Shown here: piece by piece, positions 9,785 to 18,736 of the stretch
Numbering within the stretch: the stretch's first letter is position 1
Layout of the letters: every line of letters begins with the position of its first letter
Source of the DNA: Planctomycetota bacterium
GTDB taxonomy: Bacteria; Planctomycetota; UBA8108; SXIK01
DNA: 64,000 bases
Reading direction: 5' to 3'
Assembly (NCBI GenBank): GCA_965223265.1
Contig: OZ244999.1
Location: forward strand, 6,624,001-6,688,000
Notes under the pieces: model-generated
Seen by the model: only the letters and a program-made list of their open reading frames with translations
Database searches by the model: none
What the model was told of the DNA's origin: nothing
Translations under genes and position numbers: made by a program

Positions 9785-10078
9785 CTACGACTCGATGATC
9801 TCTTTGGAGTCGTCAACAGTCGTACTTCCCGCTTGAAACTGGAGTCGCACCGTCTTACCCACTGAATCTTTCGGAAGCAGAAAGGAAATCTTGTACTTCA
9901 TGACGGGCGTCGTGCTCTCCGCCGCGTCTTTCGGCGCGCCCAAACGGATCAATCGATGCGGCAACTCGGACTCGCCGAGAGTCACGCGGCCGCTTGGCGC
10001 CCCCTCGTCGGACGTCGCGGTGTACGACTGGTGGACACCTGCGAGGATTTTGTCTGGATAGTTGATGCTCAAAGCCAT
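9785..10078 (-). CDS. Small hypothetical protein (97 aa)
   Basis: ATG ORF with purine-rich upstream sequence and plausible composition, on the same strand as the NRPS genes. Confidence 0.6.
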   Translation of the reverse strand: MALSINYPDKILAGVHQSYTATSDEGAPSGRVTLGESELPHRLIRLGAPKDAAESTTPVMKYKISFLLPKDSVGKTVRLQFQAGSTTVDDSKEIIES

Positions 10079-10389
10079 TTGAATCCCTTTCAGATGACTT
10101 TAACCCAGCGCCTGCAAGAGACTGCTGAGGCGTTCTACCGCCATCCCGTGCAGGCACTGCGGTTGACTCTGACGCCGCGAACCGGCGGTGAGCCGAGACA
10201 GCGTCGGGACGAAAAGGTGGAAGCATAGCAGAATCCGAGCGCGGTTCAAAGCAGCGGCGAGGGCGATCGGCTGTTAGCATGAACGATCCTGCCTGGACGC
10301 GCGCAGCACGGCGCGACCTCACGGCCGGTCAAAGGCTCCGCCGACACAACCCACCTCCCTACCAATCAACTCTTCCGGTGCTCTCTAAC

Positions 10390-11223
10390 ATGTCCCAAGC
10401 GTCGTCCCGCAACTGGTTCCGCGAAGCGTTTCGAGCGGAGTACAGAGATGTCTACGCCGGCAGGACCCAGGAGGACGCCGAGCGCGCGGTCAAGGCAGTC
10501 GTGGCGGCTCTGCCGCTGACCGCACACGATATCGTGCTCGACCTTTGCTGCGGCCACGGCCGGCACCTGCGAGCGCTTGCCCGCCTGGGAATACCCAGCG
10601 TCGGCGTCGATCTCTCCGCAGATCTGCTGCGGCTCGCGTCCGCTGAGCTTCGTGGCAAAAAGCCACACGCCACGGCGGCCACTTCGCCCCGATTGGTGCG
10701 CGGAGATATGCGCCGTCTGCCGTTCGCGGCGTCGTTTACCGCTGTGGTCAACTTCTTCACCAGCTTCGGCTATTTTGAAACCGATCGCGAGAACGAACGC
10801 GCTGCAGCGGAGATAGCACGCGTGCTACGCCTCGGCGGACGGTTCTGCCTCGATCTCATGAATCCGACGCGCACTCTCAAGGAACTGAAGCCGCACACGC
10901 AGCGCACGGCCGGACGACTCGAGATTGTCGAGACGCGGCGCTTCGATCAGCAGCACAAGCGCATTGAGAAGCGCGTCGAGCTTTCGCACCCTGACTGGCC
11001 GGAGCCGCGTGGTTACGTCGAGTCCGTCAGACTGTTCACCGCTGACGAGATTGAGCGTCTACTGGCGGCTCAGGGACTGAACGTGGAACGCGTCGTGGGT
11101 GATTTCAACGGAAGTCCGTTCGACGGTGGGAGTGAGCGGATGATCGTTCTCGGGTCAAAAACCGCACCGCCGCCCGCATCGGGTGCGAAGCGAGGGACAC
11201 TCGCCCGGCGGGAGGAGTGGTGA
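10390..11223 (+). CDS. Class I SAM-dependent methyltransferase
   Basis: VLDLCCGHGRH, GVDLS, RGDMR, FTSFGYF motifs; ATG at 10390. Confidence 0.9.
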   Translation: MSQASSRNWFREAFRAEYRDVYAGRTQEDAERAVKAVVAALPLTAHDIVLDLCCGHGRHLRALARLGIPSVGVDLSADLLRLASAELRGKKPHATAATSPRLVRGDMRRLPFAASFTAVVNFFTSFGYFETDRENERAAAEIARVLRLGGRFCLDLMNPTRTLKELKPHTQRTAGRLEIVETRRFDQQHKRIEKRVELSHPDWPEPRGYVESVRLFTADEIERLLAAQGLNVERVVGDFNGSPFDGGSERMIVLGSKTAPPPASGAKRGTLARREEW

Positions 11224-11230
11224 AGACGCG

Positions 11231-12865
11231 ATGGCCAGCTTGACTCTTCGCACCCTCGGTCAGCACTGGCTCGAAATGGCGCCGTACCAGCCCCGCGTCG
11301 CGACAGCGGACGGTGATGAGTGGTTCCTGATGGCTGAGCGTTTTCGACCGGCCTACGGCTTCGACGACGCGACCGTCCGCGAGCCCGCGTGCGGTCGCGA
11401 CCGCATGCGCGATGCCTTCTCGCAGACCTACGCGGAGTGGGACCTGCCGCACACCGCGGAGACTCAGACCGCGCTGTCGAGAGTCGGATCGCCAGGCACG
11501 GCCGTCATCGTCACCGGGCAGCAACCAGGTTTCCTAGGCGGACCGCTCTACACGCTCTACAAAGCTCTCTCCGCTGTGGCGCTGGCGCAAGCTTATCGTC
11601 AGCAAACGGGACGCGCCTGTGTAGCGGTCTTCTGGGTCGCGGGTGACGACCACGATCTCGACGAAGTCCGCACGGTGCGCTTTCCTGGCGCCAGCGGCGA
11701 AGATGTCGTGTTCTCGTTCAGCGCGCCCGTCGATCGGCGGCCGATCTCCGACTATGAGATCAGCACGGACGACCTAGCGACGCTCGAGGCCGCCGCCGCA
11801 CACCTCGCACCGCGGCGTTTTGGGAGCGTCGCGCGTGAGTTGATCGAGCAGTATCGCGGTCGCAACTTGGCGAGCGGCTTCGCCGCGATGCTGCACACGG
11901 TGCTTGGAAAACACGGCCTCCTCTGTTTGGATCCAGTGCACTTGCGCCCCCTTGCCGCCGAAGTCGTCAAACAAGTCATCGAACGCCCTGACGGTGTGCT
12001 GGATGCCATCACGCGCGGACGATCTGAAGTGACAGCCAGCGGCCTGAAGCCTTTCGTCGCCGCGCGTCTGCCGCTCTTTCTACTGGAGAACGGTGCTCGA
12101 CACCATCTCTCACCCGCGGAAGGCGGCCTCGAAATCGATGGCGTCGGCCGGCACCTGTCGACGGGTGCGCTCATTGAACGCCTACGCACGTCGCCGCGTC
12201 TCTTCTCGGCGGGCGCGCTTCTTCGGCCGTTCGTGCAGCAGTACACGCTCCCCGCCATCCTCAGTGTCGGCGGCCCAGCAGAAGTCGGTTACTTCGCCCA
12301 GCTCGGCCCGCTCTCGCGGCTGCTCGGCATCGAGTCGCCGCCGATTGCGTTGCGTCTGCATGCGACCATCATTGATGGCCGCTTGGTCCCGATCGTCTCT
12401 CGGTTCGACGATCAAGCCATCGCGCGGGCGAAGTCAGCGGCCGGACTCGTCGCCGATCGCGACGCGCCGGACTCGCTCGCCGGCCTTGATGCTCTCGCCG
12501 CGACTGTCGCGAATGCTCTAGAGGACGCGGCGAGCGAGGTGCCCGCCGGGATTCCGAGCGCCAAGCGGCTCCCCGGCAGCGCTGACAAGATCGTCAGGGA
12601 CATTCGTCACTTCAAGGATCGTGCGCTCAAGGCGTGGGCAGAAAACCAGAAGAACGAACTGGCGCAAGCCCGCAAGTTGTGGAACTACGTCTATCCGTCA
12701 GGTGGGCTTCAAGAACGCCGCTGGGGTTTCCTTCACTTTGTCGCCAAGCACGGGGTTGACTGGATCGACTCCTTGATCGCTGCGATCGCCCAAGAACCGT
12801 TCGAGCTATCCCATCGTTGGCTGCTCTTCGATGCGCAAAAGGGTGACGCGCGGACAAACGACTGA
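11231..12865 (+). CDS. bshC: Bacillithiol biosynthesis cysteine-adding enzyme
   Basis: VTGQQPGFLGGPLYTLYKA, FWVAGDDHD, GGPAEVGYFAQL, LQERR motifs; adjacent to bshB1 and bshA. Confidence 0.9.
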   Translation: MASLTLRTLGQHWLEMAPYQPRVATADGDEWFLMAERFRPAYGFDDATVREPACGRDRMRDAFSQTYAEWDLPHTAETQTALSRVGSPGTAVIVTGQQPGFLGGPLYTLYKALSAVALAQAYRQQTGRACVAVFWVAGDDHDLDEVRTVRFPGASGEDVVFSFSAPVDRRPISDYEISTDDLATLEAAAAHLAPRRFGSVARELIEQYRGRNLASGFAAMLHTVLGKHGLLCLDPVHLRPLAAEVVKQVIERPDGVLDAITRGRSEVTASGLKPFVAARLPLFLLENGARHHLSPAEGGLEIDGVGRHLSTGALIERLRTSPRLFSAGALLRPFVQQYTLPAILSVGGPAEVGYFAQLGPLSRLLGIESPPIALRLHATIIDGRLVPIVSRFDDQAIARAKSAAGLVADRDAPDSLAGLDALAATVANALEDAASEVPAGIPSAKRLPGSADKIVRDIRHFKDRALKAWAENQKNELAQARKLWNYVYPSGGLQERRWGFLHFVAKHGVDWIDSLIAAIAQEPFELSHRWLLFDAQKGDARTND

Positions 12866-12915
12866 CCGCCAACGCAACAAGACCAGGCAGGACGAAAGGA
12901 AGACATCGCGACAAC

Positions 12916-13674
12916 ATGTTCGACATTAAACGAGCTAAACCTTGCGACATCGTCGCCTTCACGGCCCACCCCGACGACGTCGAGTTGAACTGTGCCGGCA
13001 CGTTGGCGTTGGCGGTGAAATCAGGTCGTACCGCCGGCGTCGTCGATTTTTGTCGTGGCGAGCTGGGAACCCGCGGCACGCCTGAGATCCGCGACGCCGA
13101 AGCGGCGGCGGCGGCTAAGGCACTTGGGCTCACATGCCGTATCAACCTGGAGCTCGGCGATGGCCATCTTCGCGACAACGACGAGACGCGAAGGCTCGTC
13201 GTCGAGGTGCTGCGCCGCATGCGGCCGCGCGTCGTGATCGCACCGCCACTCGTCGATCACCATCCCGATCATGTTGCCGTGGGCGAGATCCTCAGCCGCA
13301 CCGTCTACCTCGCGGGTGTCGCCAAGTACGCGCCGGGTGGCGAGCCGCTTCGGCCGCACGCGCTGCTGCATTACGTGGGCAGTCAAATCGTCACGCCGAA
13401 AATCGTCGTCGACGTCACACCCGTCTGGCAAGAGCGTATGGATGCGACGCTCTGTTTTCGTTCACAGTTTTACCGCGAGGGATCGTCGGAAGGTTCGACA
13501 CGGATCGCGCATCCAGAGTTTCTCAGTGCCATTGAGGGTCGCGCACGACATTTCGGCTCGACCATTGGCGCCACGTTCGGCGAAGCCTATACTTCCCCAG
13601 AGCCTGTGCCGGCGCGCGACGTGGTGAGGCTCTATTCCGAGGAACCCTGGCGCCCCGTCGATGGTGAGGGCTGA
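12916..13674 (+). CDS. bshB1: N-acetylglucosaminyl-malate deacetylase (PIG-L family)
   Basis: AHPDDVEL, GELGTRG, HPDH, FRSQF motifs; operon context. Confidence 0.92.
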   Translation: MFDIKRAKPCDIVAFTAHPDDVELNCAGTLALAVKSGRTAGVVDFCRGELGTRGTPEIRDAEAAAAAKALGLTCRINLELGDGHLRDNDETRRLVVEVLRRMRPRVVIAPPLVDHHPDHVAVGEILSRTVYLAGVAKYAPGGEPLRPHALLHYVGSQIVTPKIVVDVTPVWQERMDATLCFRSQFYREGSSEGSTRIAHPEFLSAIEGRARHFGSTIGATFGEAYTSPEPVPARDVVRLYSEEPWRPVDGEG

Positions 13675-13676
13675 GC

Positions 13677-13728
13677 GAAGAAACGAAGAAGGAAGATGGA
13701 AGAAGAAAGAAGAAAGAAGAAGAAAGGA
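13677..13728. repeat. Purine-rich low-complexity tract (GAAGAAA-like units)
   Basis: gaagaaacgaagaaggaagatggaagaagaaagaagaaagaagaagaaagga between bshB1 and bshA. Confidence 0.7.
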
Positions 13729-13840
13729 TGCGACCGAAGACGGCGACGACGTTGAAAGAGTCTCACGACAAGACTGCAGCAGCAGAAGGAGACACACCCG
13801 TGGCGAATTCACGACAGGCAACAAACGGCGGGATGGGTGA

Positions 13841-14977
13841 ATGAAGCTCGGGATCGTATGTCATCCCACCTACGGGGGCAGCGGTGTGATGGCCTCGGAG
13901 CTCGGCCTGGCGCTCGCGGCACGCGACAACGACGTGCACTTTTTCAGCCATGAGTTACCGTTTCGCGTTCCGGCGCGCCATCCCAACACCAGCTTTCACC
14001 GCGTTGACGTCACGTCTTACCCGCTCTTTAAATACCCGCCGTACACCTTGGCACTGGCCAGCAAACTCGGTGAAGTGTGCCGGTCGCATCAGCTCGACAT
14101 CATCCACGTTCACTACGCGATTCCGCACGCGATCTCGGCGTATCTTTGCCGCAAGCTTCTCGGAACCGACCGACCGAAGATCTTGACGACGCTGCACGGC
14201 ACCGACATCACACTCATCGGCATCGACAGTTCGTTCTATGAGATGACGCGCCTCGGGATCAACACCAGCGATGCGGTCACCGCGGTGTCGAAATCGCTTG
14301 CCGCGGAGACGGAGCTTCGGTTCAAGCCGACGCAGAAGATCCGCATGATTCCAAACTTCGTCAACCTAGACGAGTTCAACCCGGCACGGCGTAGCCAGGG
14401 TCTACGCTCGCGGCACGCGCAGGGGGCGGACTTTCTTCTCGGTCACGTATCGAACTTCCGCTCCGTCAAGCGTGTTCGCGACGTCGTCCGCACGTTTCAT
14501 CTCCTCGAGAAAAAGTTGTCCGCACGCCTCCTCATGATCGGCGACGGAGTGGAACTCGAGCCGGCGAGGCATCTGGCGGCAGAGCTTGGCCTGTCGGAAC
14601 GTGTGAGCTTCCTCGGCGCGATCAATAACGTCGGAGACGTTCTCGCGCAACTCGACCTCTTCCTCCTGCCGAGCGAATACGAGAGCTTCGGCCTCGCCGC
14701 GCTTGAGGCGATGGCGAGTGGGGTGCCGGTCATCGCGACGCGGACAGGCGGAGTGCCAGAGGTCGTTGAGGATGGCGTCTGCGGGATTCTCTGCCAGATC
14801 GGAGACTACGCTTGCATGGCCGCGGCTTGCGAGGCAGTCCTCCGCGACCCTGATCGACATCAGCGCATGCAAGAGGCAGTACGTGAACGCGCGACGCAGC
14901 GCTTCGCGCAGGCACCCGTCGTCGACGAATACGAACGGCTCTACAAGGAGCTTTTGGCAGCAGAGACGGAAACGTAA
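13841..14977 (+). CDS. bshA: N-acetyl-alpha-D-glucosaminyl L-malate synthase (GT4)
   Basis: MKLGIVCHPTYGGSGVMASELG, YPLFKYPPY, HVHYAIPHA, TTLHGTDITL, ESFGLAALEAM. Confidence 0.95.
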   Translation: MKLGIVCHPTYGGSGVMASELGLALAARDNDVHFFSHELPFRVPARHPNTSFHRVDVTSYPLFKYPPYTLALASKLGEVCRSHQLDIIHVHYAIPHAISAYLCRKLLGTDRPKILTTLHGTDITLIGIDSSFYEMTRLGINTSDAVTAVSKSLAAETELRFKPTQKIRMIPNFVNLDEFNPARRSQGLRSRHAQGADFLLGHVSNFRSVKRVRDVVRTFHLLEKKLSARLLMIGDGVELEPARHLAAELGLSERVSFLGAINNVGDVLAQLDLFLLPSEYESFGLAALEAMASGVPVIATRTGGVPEVVEDGVCGILCQIGDYACMAAACEAVLRDPDRHQRMQEAVRERATQRFAQAPVVDEYERLYKELLAAETET

Positions 14978-17205
14978 TGGTCAAAGCGGTCGCGGAAATC
15001 GCCGTCAATGTGCCGCTCGAGAGACTGTTTCACTACGAGGTTCCTGAGCGACTTCAGACGAAGCTACGCGTCGGCCATCGAGTGCTCGTCCCTTTCGGGC
15101 CGCGGACCACGACCGGCGTCTGCGTTGGACTACCGGCGACCACCGATATAGAAAAACTTAAGCCGATTCGTGAGCTGCTTCACCCAGACTGTTTCTTCGA
15201 CGCGCATCTTCTTGCATTCACACGCTGGATCGCCGACTACTATCAGGCTGGTTGGGGCGAGGTGCTGGAGGCAGCGCTGCCGCCCTCAGTGCGCAGTGGG
15301 GCGACACGACGGCAGGTCGCGTGGATCACGGCTGACAGACCGGCCGAGGAATTGAACGCCACCGCCGATCGCGTTGAGAAGAAGGCGCCCGTGCGTGCAC
15401 GACTGTTGCGGTTGCTGGCTCTCGAGCCAGGACCCCACGAGCGTTCCGCTCTTCTTCAGCGCGCCGACGCCAAGTCGGGCGCGCTCAAGTGGTTCATGGA
15501 CGGCGGCTGGGTGACGCTTGAGACACGCGACTACGAACGGACCCGACCTAACGTCGATCTCGATAGTCTGGAGAGCCGCAGCGGGGACGAGCTGCATCCC
15601 GATCAGTGCCGAGCGCTCGAGGCGTTCGACGCGGCTCTGGAGAAGGGCGGCTTCGCACCGTTTTTGATCCACGGCGTCACGGGTAGCGGCAAGACCGAAG
15701 TCTACATCGAAGCCCTTCGCCGCGTGTTCGCCCGCGGTCAACGTGGACTCGTGCTGGTACCCGAAATCTCGCTGACGCCACAGACGGTGCTCCGGTTTCG
15801 CCGTGGATTTGAGGGCGCGTCCGTTGCCGTGCTGCATTCGATGCTGAGCGAGAGCGAACGACGCACGGAGTGGAAAGCCATCCACCGTGGTGATGCGCAG
15901 CTGGTGATCGGTGCCCGCTCGGCGGTGTTCGCGCCGATTCGGGAGCTCGGTCTCATCGTTGTCGACGAAGAACATGAACCGAGCTACAAACAGGAGTCTT
16001 CGCCACGTTACAGCGGTCGCGACGCGGCCGTCGTGCGCGCCCACATGCTCGGGATCCCAGTGCTGCTTGGGTCGGCGACGCCGAGCCTCGAGACGTTCGC
16101 CAACGGCCAAAGTCAGAAGTACGGAGTGATGCGGCTGCCACGCCGCGTCACGTCCCACCCCCTACCGACCATCACCACCGCGACGCTCGACAATGAGTTC
16201 TATCGCAGCGACGGCTCCGGCTTGATCAGTGGCAAGCTCGATCGATTGATCCGTAAACGGCTGCAGTCAGACGAACAGGTACTCCTGTTCCTGAACCGTC
16301 GCGGCTTCGCGACCTACGTCCATTGCGTCCGCTGCGGCTACGTCGCACACTGCTCGGAGTGCGACATCACGCTGACGTTTCACCGCGGGGAGAGCTCGCT
16401 GCGATGCCACTATTGCGGGCAGCGGCTCGCTGTGCCCCCCGAGTGCCCCGACTGCCAAATGCCGCACCTAAGGCGCTCCGGTGTCGGCACCGAGAAGATC
16501 TTTCATGCTCTCCAGGAACGCCACGAAAACGCGCGCATCGCCCGCCTCGACCGTGACACCATCCGCACACAAGATGCTTTGGAGGAAACCCTCGGCAAGT
16601 TCGGACGCGGCGAGTACGACATTCTTGTCGGCACGCAGATGATCGCCAAAGGGCACGATTTTCCGAACGTCACGCTTGTCGGAATCGTTAACGCTGACAC
16701 TGGCTTACATTTTCCCGATTTTCGCGCTGCCGAGCGCACGTATCAGTTGATTACTCAGGTTGCAGGTCGGGCTGGACGAGGTGCACGGGCTGGGCACGTG
16801 ATTGTGCAGACGTTTCACCCGGAGCACTATGCCATCCGCTGCGCGGTGAGCGGCGACGAAGAAGAGTTCTATCGCCGCGAGGTCGAGGTGCGCCAATCGA
16901 TGGGCTATCCGCCGTTCGGATTCCTCACGAAATTGCTCGTTCAGGGCAAGGACTCAGACAAAGTCGAAAACGAAGCAACTCGCTGCGCCGACCTGCTGCG
17001 GCAGGAAGACTCCGGTTGCCAGATCTTGGGCCCCGTGCCGGCGCCGATCGCCAAAGTGCAGGGGCGCCACCGCTTCCAAGTCCTTGTCAAATCCAACTCG
17101 CGCACGTCGCTGCACGATGTCGTCGCAGCTCTGCGTCGGCAGTCGAAGTCACGCCGTGGCGGCGTCGAAGTACAGATCGACGTCGATCCATACTCGATGT
17201 TGTGA
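14977..17205 (+). CDS. priA: Primosomal protein N' (replication restart helicase)
   Basis: GVTGSGKTEVY, LVPEISLTPQ, DEEHE, four CxxC pairs, GTQMIAKGHDFP, QVAGRAGR, DVDP; TAATG coupling to bshA. Confidence 0.97.
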   Translation: MVKAVAEIAVNVPLERLFHYEVPERLQTKLRVGHRVLVPFGPRTTTGVCVGLPATTDIEKLKPIRELLHPDCFFDAHLLAFTRWIADYYQAGWGEVLEAALPPSVRSGATRRQVAWITADRPAEELNATADRVEKKAPVRARLLRLLALEPGPHERSALLQRADAKSGALKWFMDGGWVTLETRDYERTRPNVDLDSLESRSGDELHPDQCRALEAFDAALEKGGFAPFLIHGVTGSGKTEVYIEALRRVFARGQRGLVLVPEISLTPQTVLRFRRGFEGASVAVLHSMLSESERRTEWKAIHRGDAQLVIGARSAVFAPIRELGLIVVDEEHEPSYKQESSPRYSGRDAAVVRAHMLGIPVLLGSATPSLETFANGQSQKYGVMRLPRRVTSHPLPTITTATLDNEFYRSDGSGLISGKLDRLIRKRLQSDEQVLLFLNRRGFATYVHCVRCGYVAHCSECDITLTFHRGESSLRCHYCGQRLAVPPECPDCQMPHLRRSGVGTEKIFHALQERHENARIARLDRDTIRTQDALEETLGKFGRGEYDILVGTQMIAKGHDFPNVTLVGIVNADTGLHFPDFRAAERTYQLITQVAGRAGRGARAGHVIVQTFHPEHYAIRCAVSGDEEEFYRREVEVRQSMGYPPFGFLTKLLVQGKDSDKVENEATRCADLLRQEDSGCQILGPVPAPIAKVQGRHRFQVLVKSNSRTSLHDVVAALRRQSKSRRGGVEVQIDVDPYSML

Positions 17206-17258
17206 ACACGCAAGGCTCAAGGCGCTTTTCAAACCTGCATCCAGGCGGGATCGCCGCG

Positions 17259-18593
17259 TTAGCGGACGAGGACGAAGCTGTCGGACTCAGGCTCTAAGAT
17301 CACGACCCCGATGTTGTCGATCGGTGCGCCAGGGCCGATGTTCACGCCTGGGGCTCCCGTCACATCGAGCAGGTCGCCGGGGTTGGCGGCCTCCTCGAGG
17401 ATGCCACCACTATCGATCGTGTATGCCGAAGCAAACACGCCGTCGATGCCATAGAAAAACAGCGAACCGCCAAACTCGATGAAGCCGAAGTCGATCGCGT
17501 TGGACGGAGCACCGATCTGGTCCGCAAGATCTGACACCGAGAGGATGGTCAAACCGTCCGCTGACACCGATCCGATTCCGTGCCCGCGGCCGTTGTTCGA
17601 AATCAGGATGTAGAGGGTATCGTCGGCCGGTTCGGTCGTCAGCTTGACGACACCGATGTTGGTGAAGCCCGGGAAGATCGCGGCGAAATCCGTCGCGTCG
17701 GCCCATGCTTCGATCGTCCCATTGATTTGGATGCGGACGACTGTCGCGGTTGAGACAAAGAACGCAAAGAGGTCGCCACTGAGCGGGGCGCGAGCCCAGC
17801 CCACGATGAGTGCATCAGCCTCGGCGACTCCGGCAGCAGCCGCGAGGTCAGCCGCCGTGACAAAAACGGTGGCAGCGCCAGTGTTGGCGAAGAGGAGTAT
17901 GTCCTTCGAAACCGCGTCCTGAGCAATCACCTGGTTCGCGGTGAGGTGTCGCGGCAGATGCGCCTGCGCCGAAGCGCCGCCCGTCGCCATCGTCATCTGC
18001 GCCTCGGTGGAATGGATCTGAGGCGTACCGTTGGTGGCAAGTCGCAGCAGCAGCCCAGAGGTCGCGTCCGCCGTGACGACTTGATCGCCAAACGTACCAC
18101 CGATCAGTTGGTCAAAGGGGCCCAGGCTGACGGTGGTCTCGCCTGTAAGGGCGGTGATATCTGTCTCGCTGGTGAAGATCGCCGGCGTCCCGTCGACGGC
18201 CAGGATCAACACCGATCCGGATTCGGCGTCGAAGAAAATCACCGGTCCACCCGCCGTGGCGAACATGTGCAGCGGGTCGAGCGCCCCGAGCCCAGTCAAC
18301 GCCAACATGGCGCCGGGCGCCGTGAACAAGGTCACATCATTCGTATCGACGGGGTCGTCACCGCCTCCGCCGCTCGAGCATGACAATGCGCTCAGGGTGA
18401 TGAGGAGTCCAGCGAGGGCCACGACTCCACGGGCTGGGACGCAATCGACAAAACCGACTGTTCGGCACTCCGAAGGGCGCCGCGAAGGGCGCCGCGAAGG
18501 GCGCCGCGAAGGGCGCTCTGCGGACGACAAATTGTGACGATGCGGGCTCTCCCGAACGTCTTCATAGTCTGCCAGACTGTGATCCTTACGCAT
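17259..18593 (-). CDS. Hypothetical lipoprotein
   Basis: Long ORF with GGAGAGG RBS; hydrophobic stretch and lipobox ALSC-SSGGGGDD; acidic, small-residue-rich repeats. Confidence 0.7.
   Translation of the reverse strand: MRKDHSLADYEDVRESPHRHNLSSAERPSRRPSRRPSRRPSECRTVGFVDCVPARGVVALAGLLITLSALSCSSGGGGDDPVDTNDVTLFTAPGAMLALTGLGALDPLHMFATAGGPVIFFDAESGSVLILAVDGTPAIFTSETDITALTGETTVSLGPFDQLIGGTFGDQVVTADATSGLLLRLATNGTPQIHSTEAQMTMATGGASAQAHLPRHLTANQVIAQDAVSKDILLFANTGAATVFVTAADLAAAAGVAEADALIVGWARAPLSGDLFAFFVSTATVVRIQINGTIEAWADATDFAAIFPGFTNIGVVKLTTEPADDTLYILISNNGRGHGIGSVSADGLTILSVSDLADQIGAPSNAIDFGFIEFGGSLFFYGIDGVFASAYTIDSGGILEEAANPGDLLDVTGAPGVNIGPGAPIDNIGVVILEPESDSFVLVR
18471..18516. repeat. 12-bp tandem repeat (CGAAGGGCGCCG x ~3.8)
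   Basis: Directly visible; encodes RPSR repeats in the N-region of the lipoprotein. Confidence 0.9.
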
Positions 18594-18736
18594 GGAACCT
18601 CTCCAAGAATTAGCGAACACCACCGACTATACCACGCGGTCAGTTGCGACAAAGCGGCGAAAAAAAGTCGTGGCGACGTGTCACTTCGCTACAAAATCTT
18701 CTTTCGAAAGAGCTCCAAACGTCCGAAAAAGAAGAT

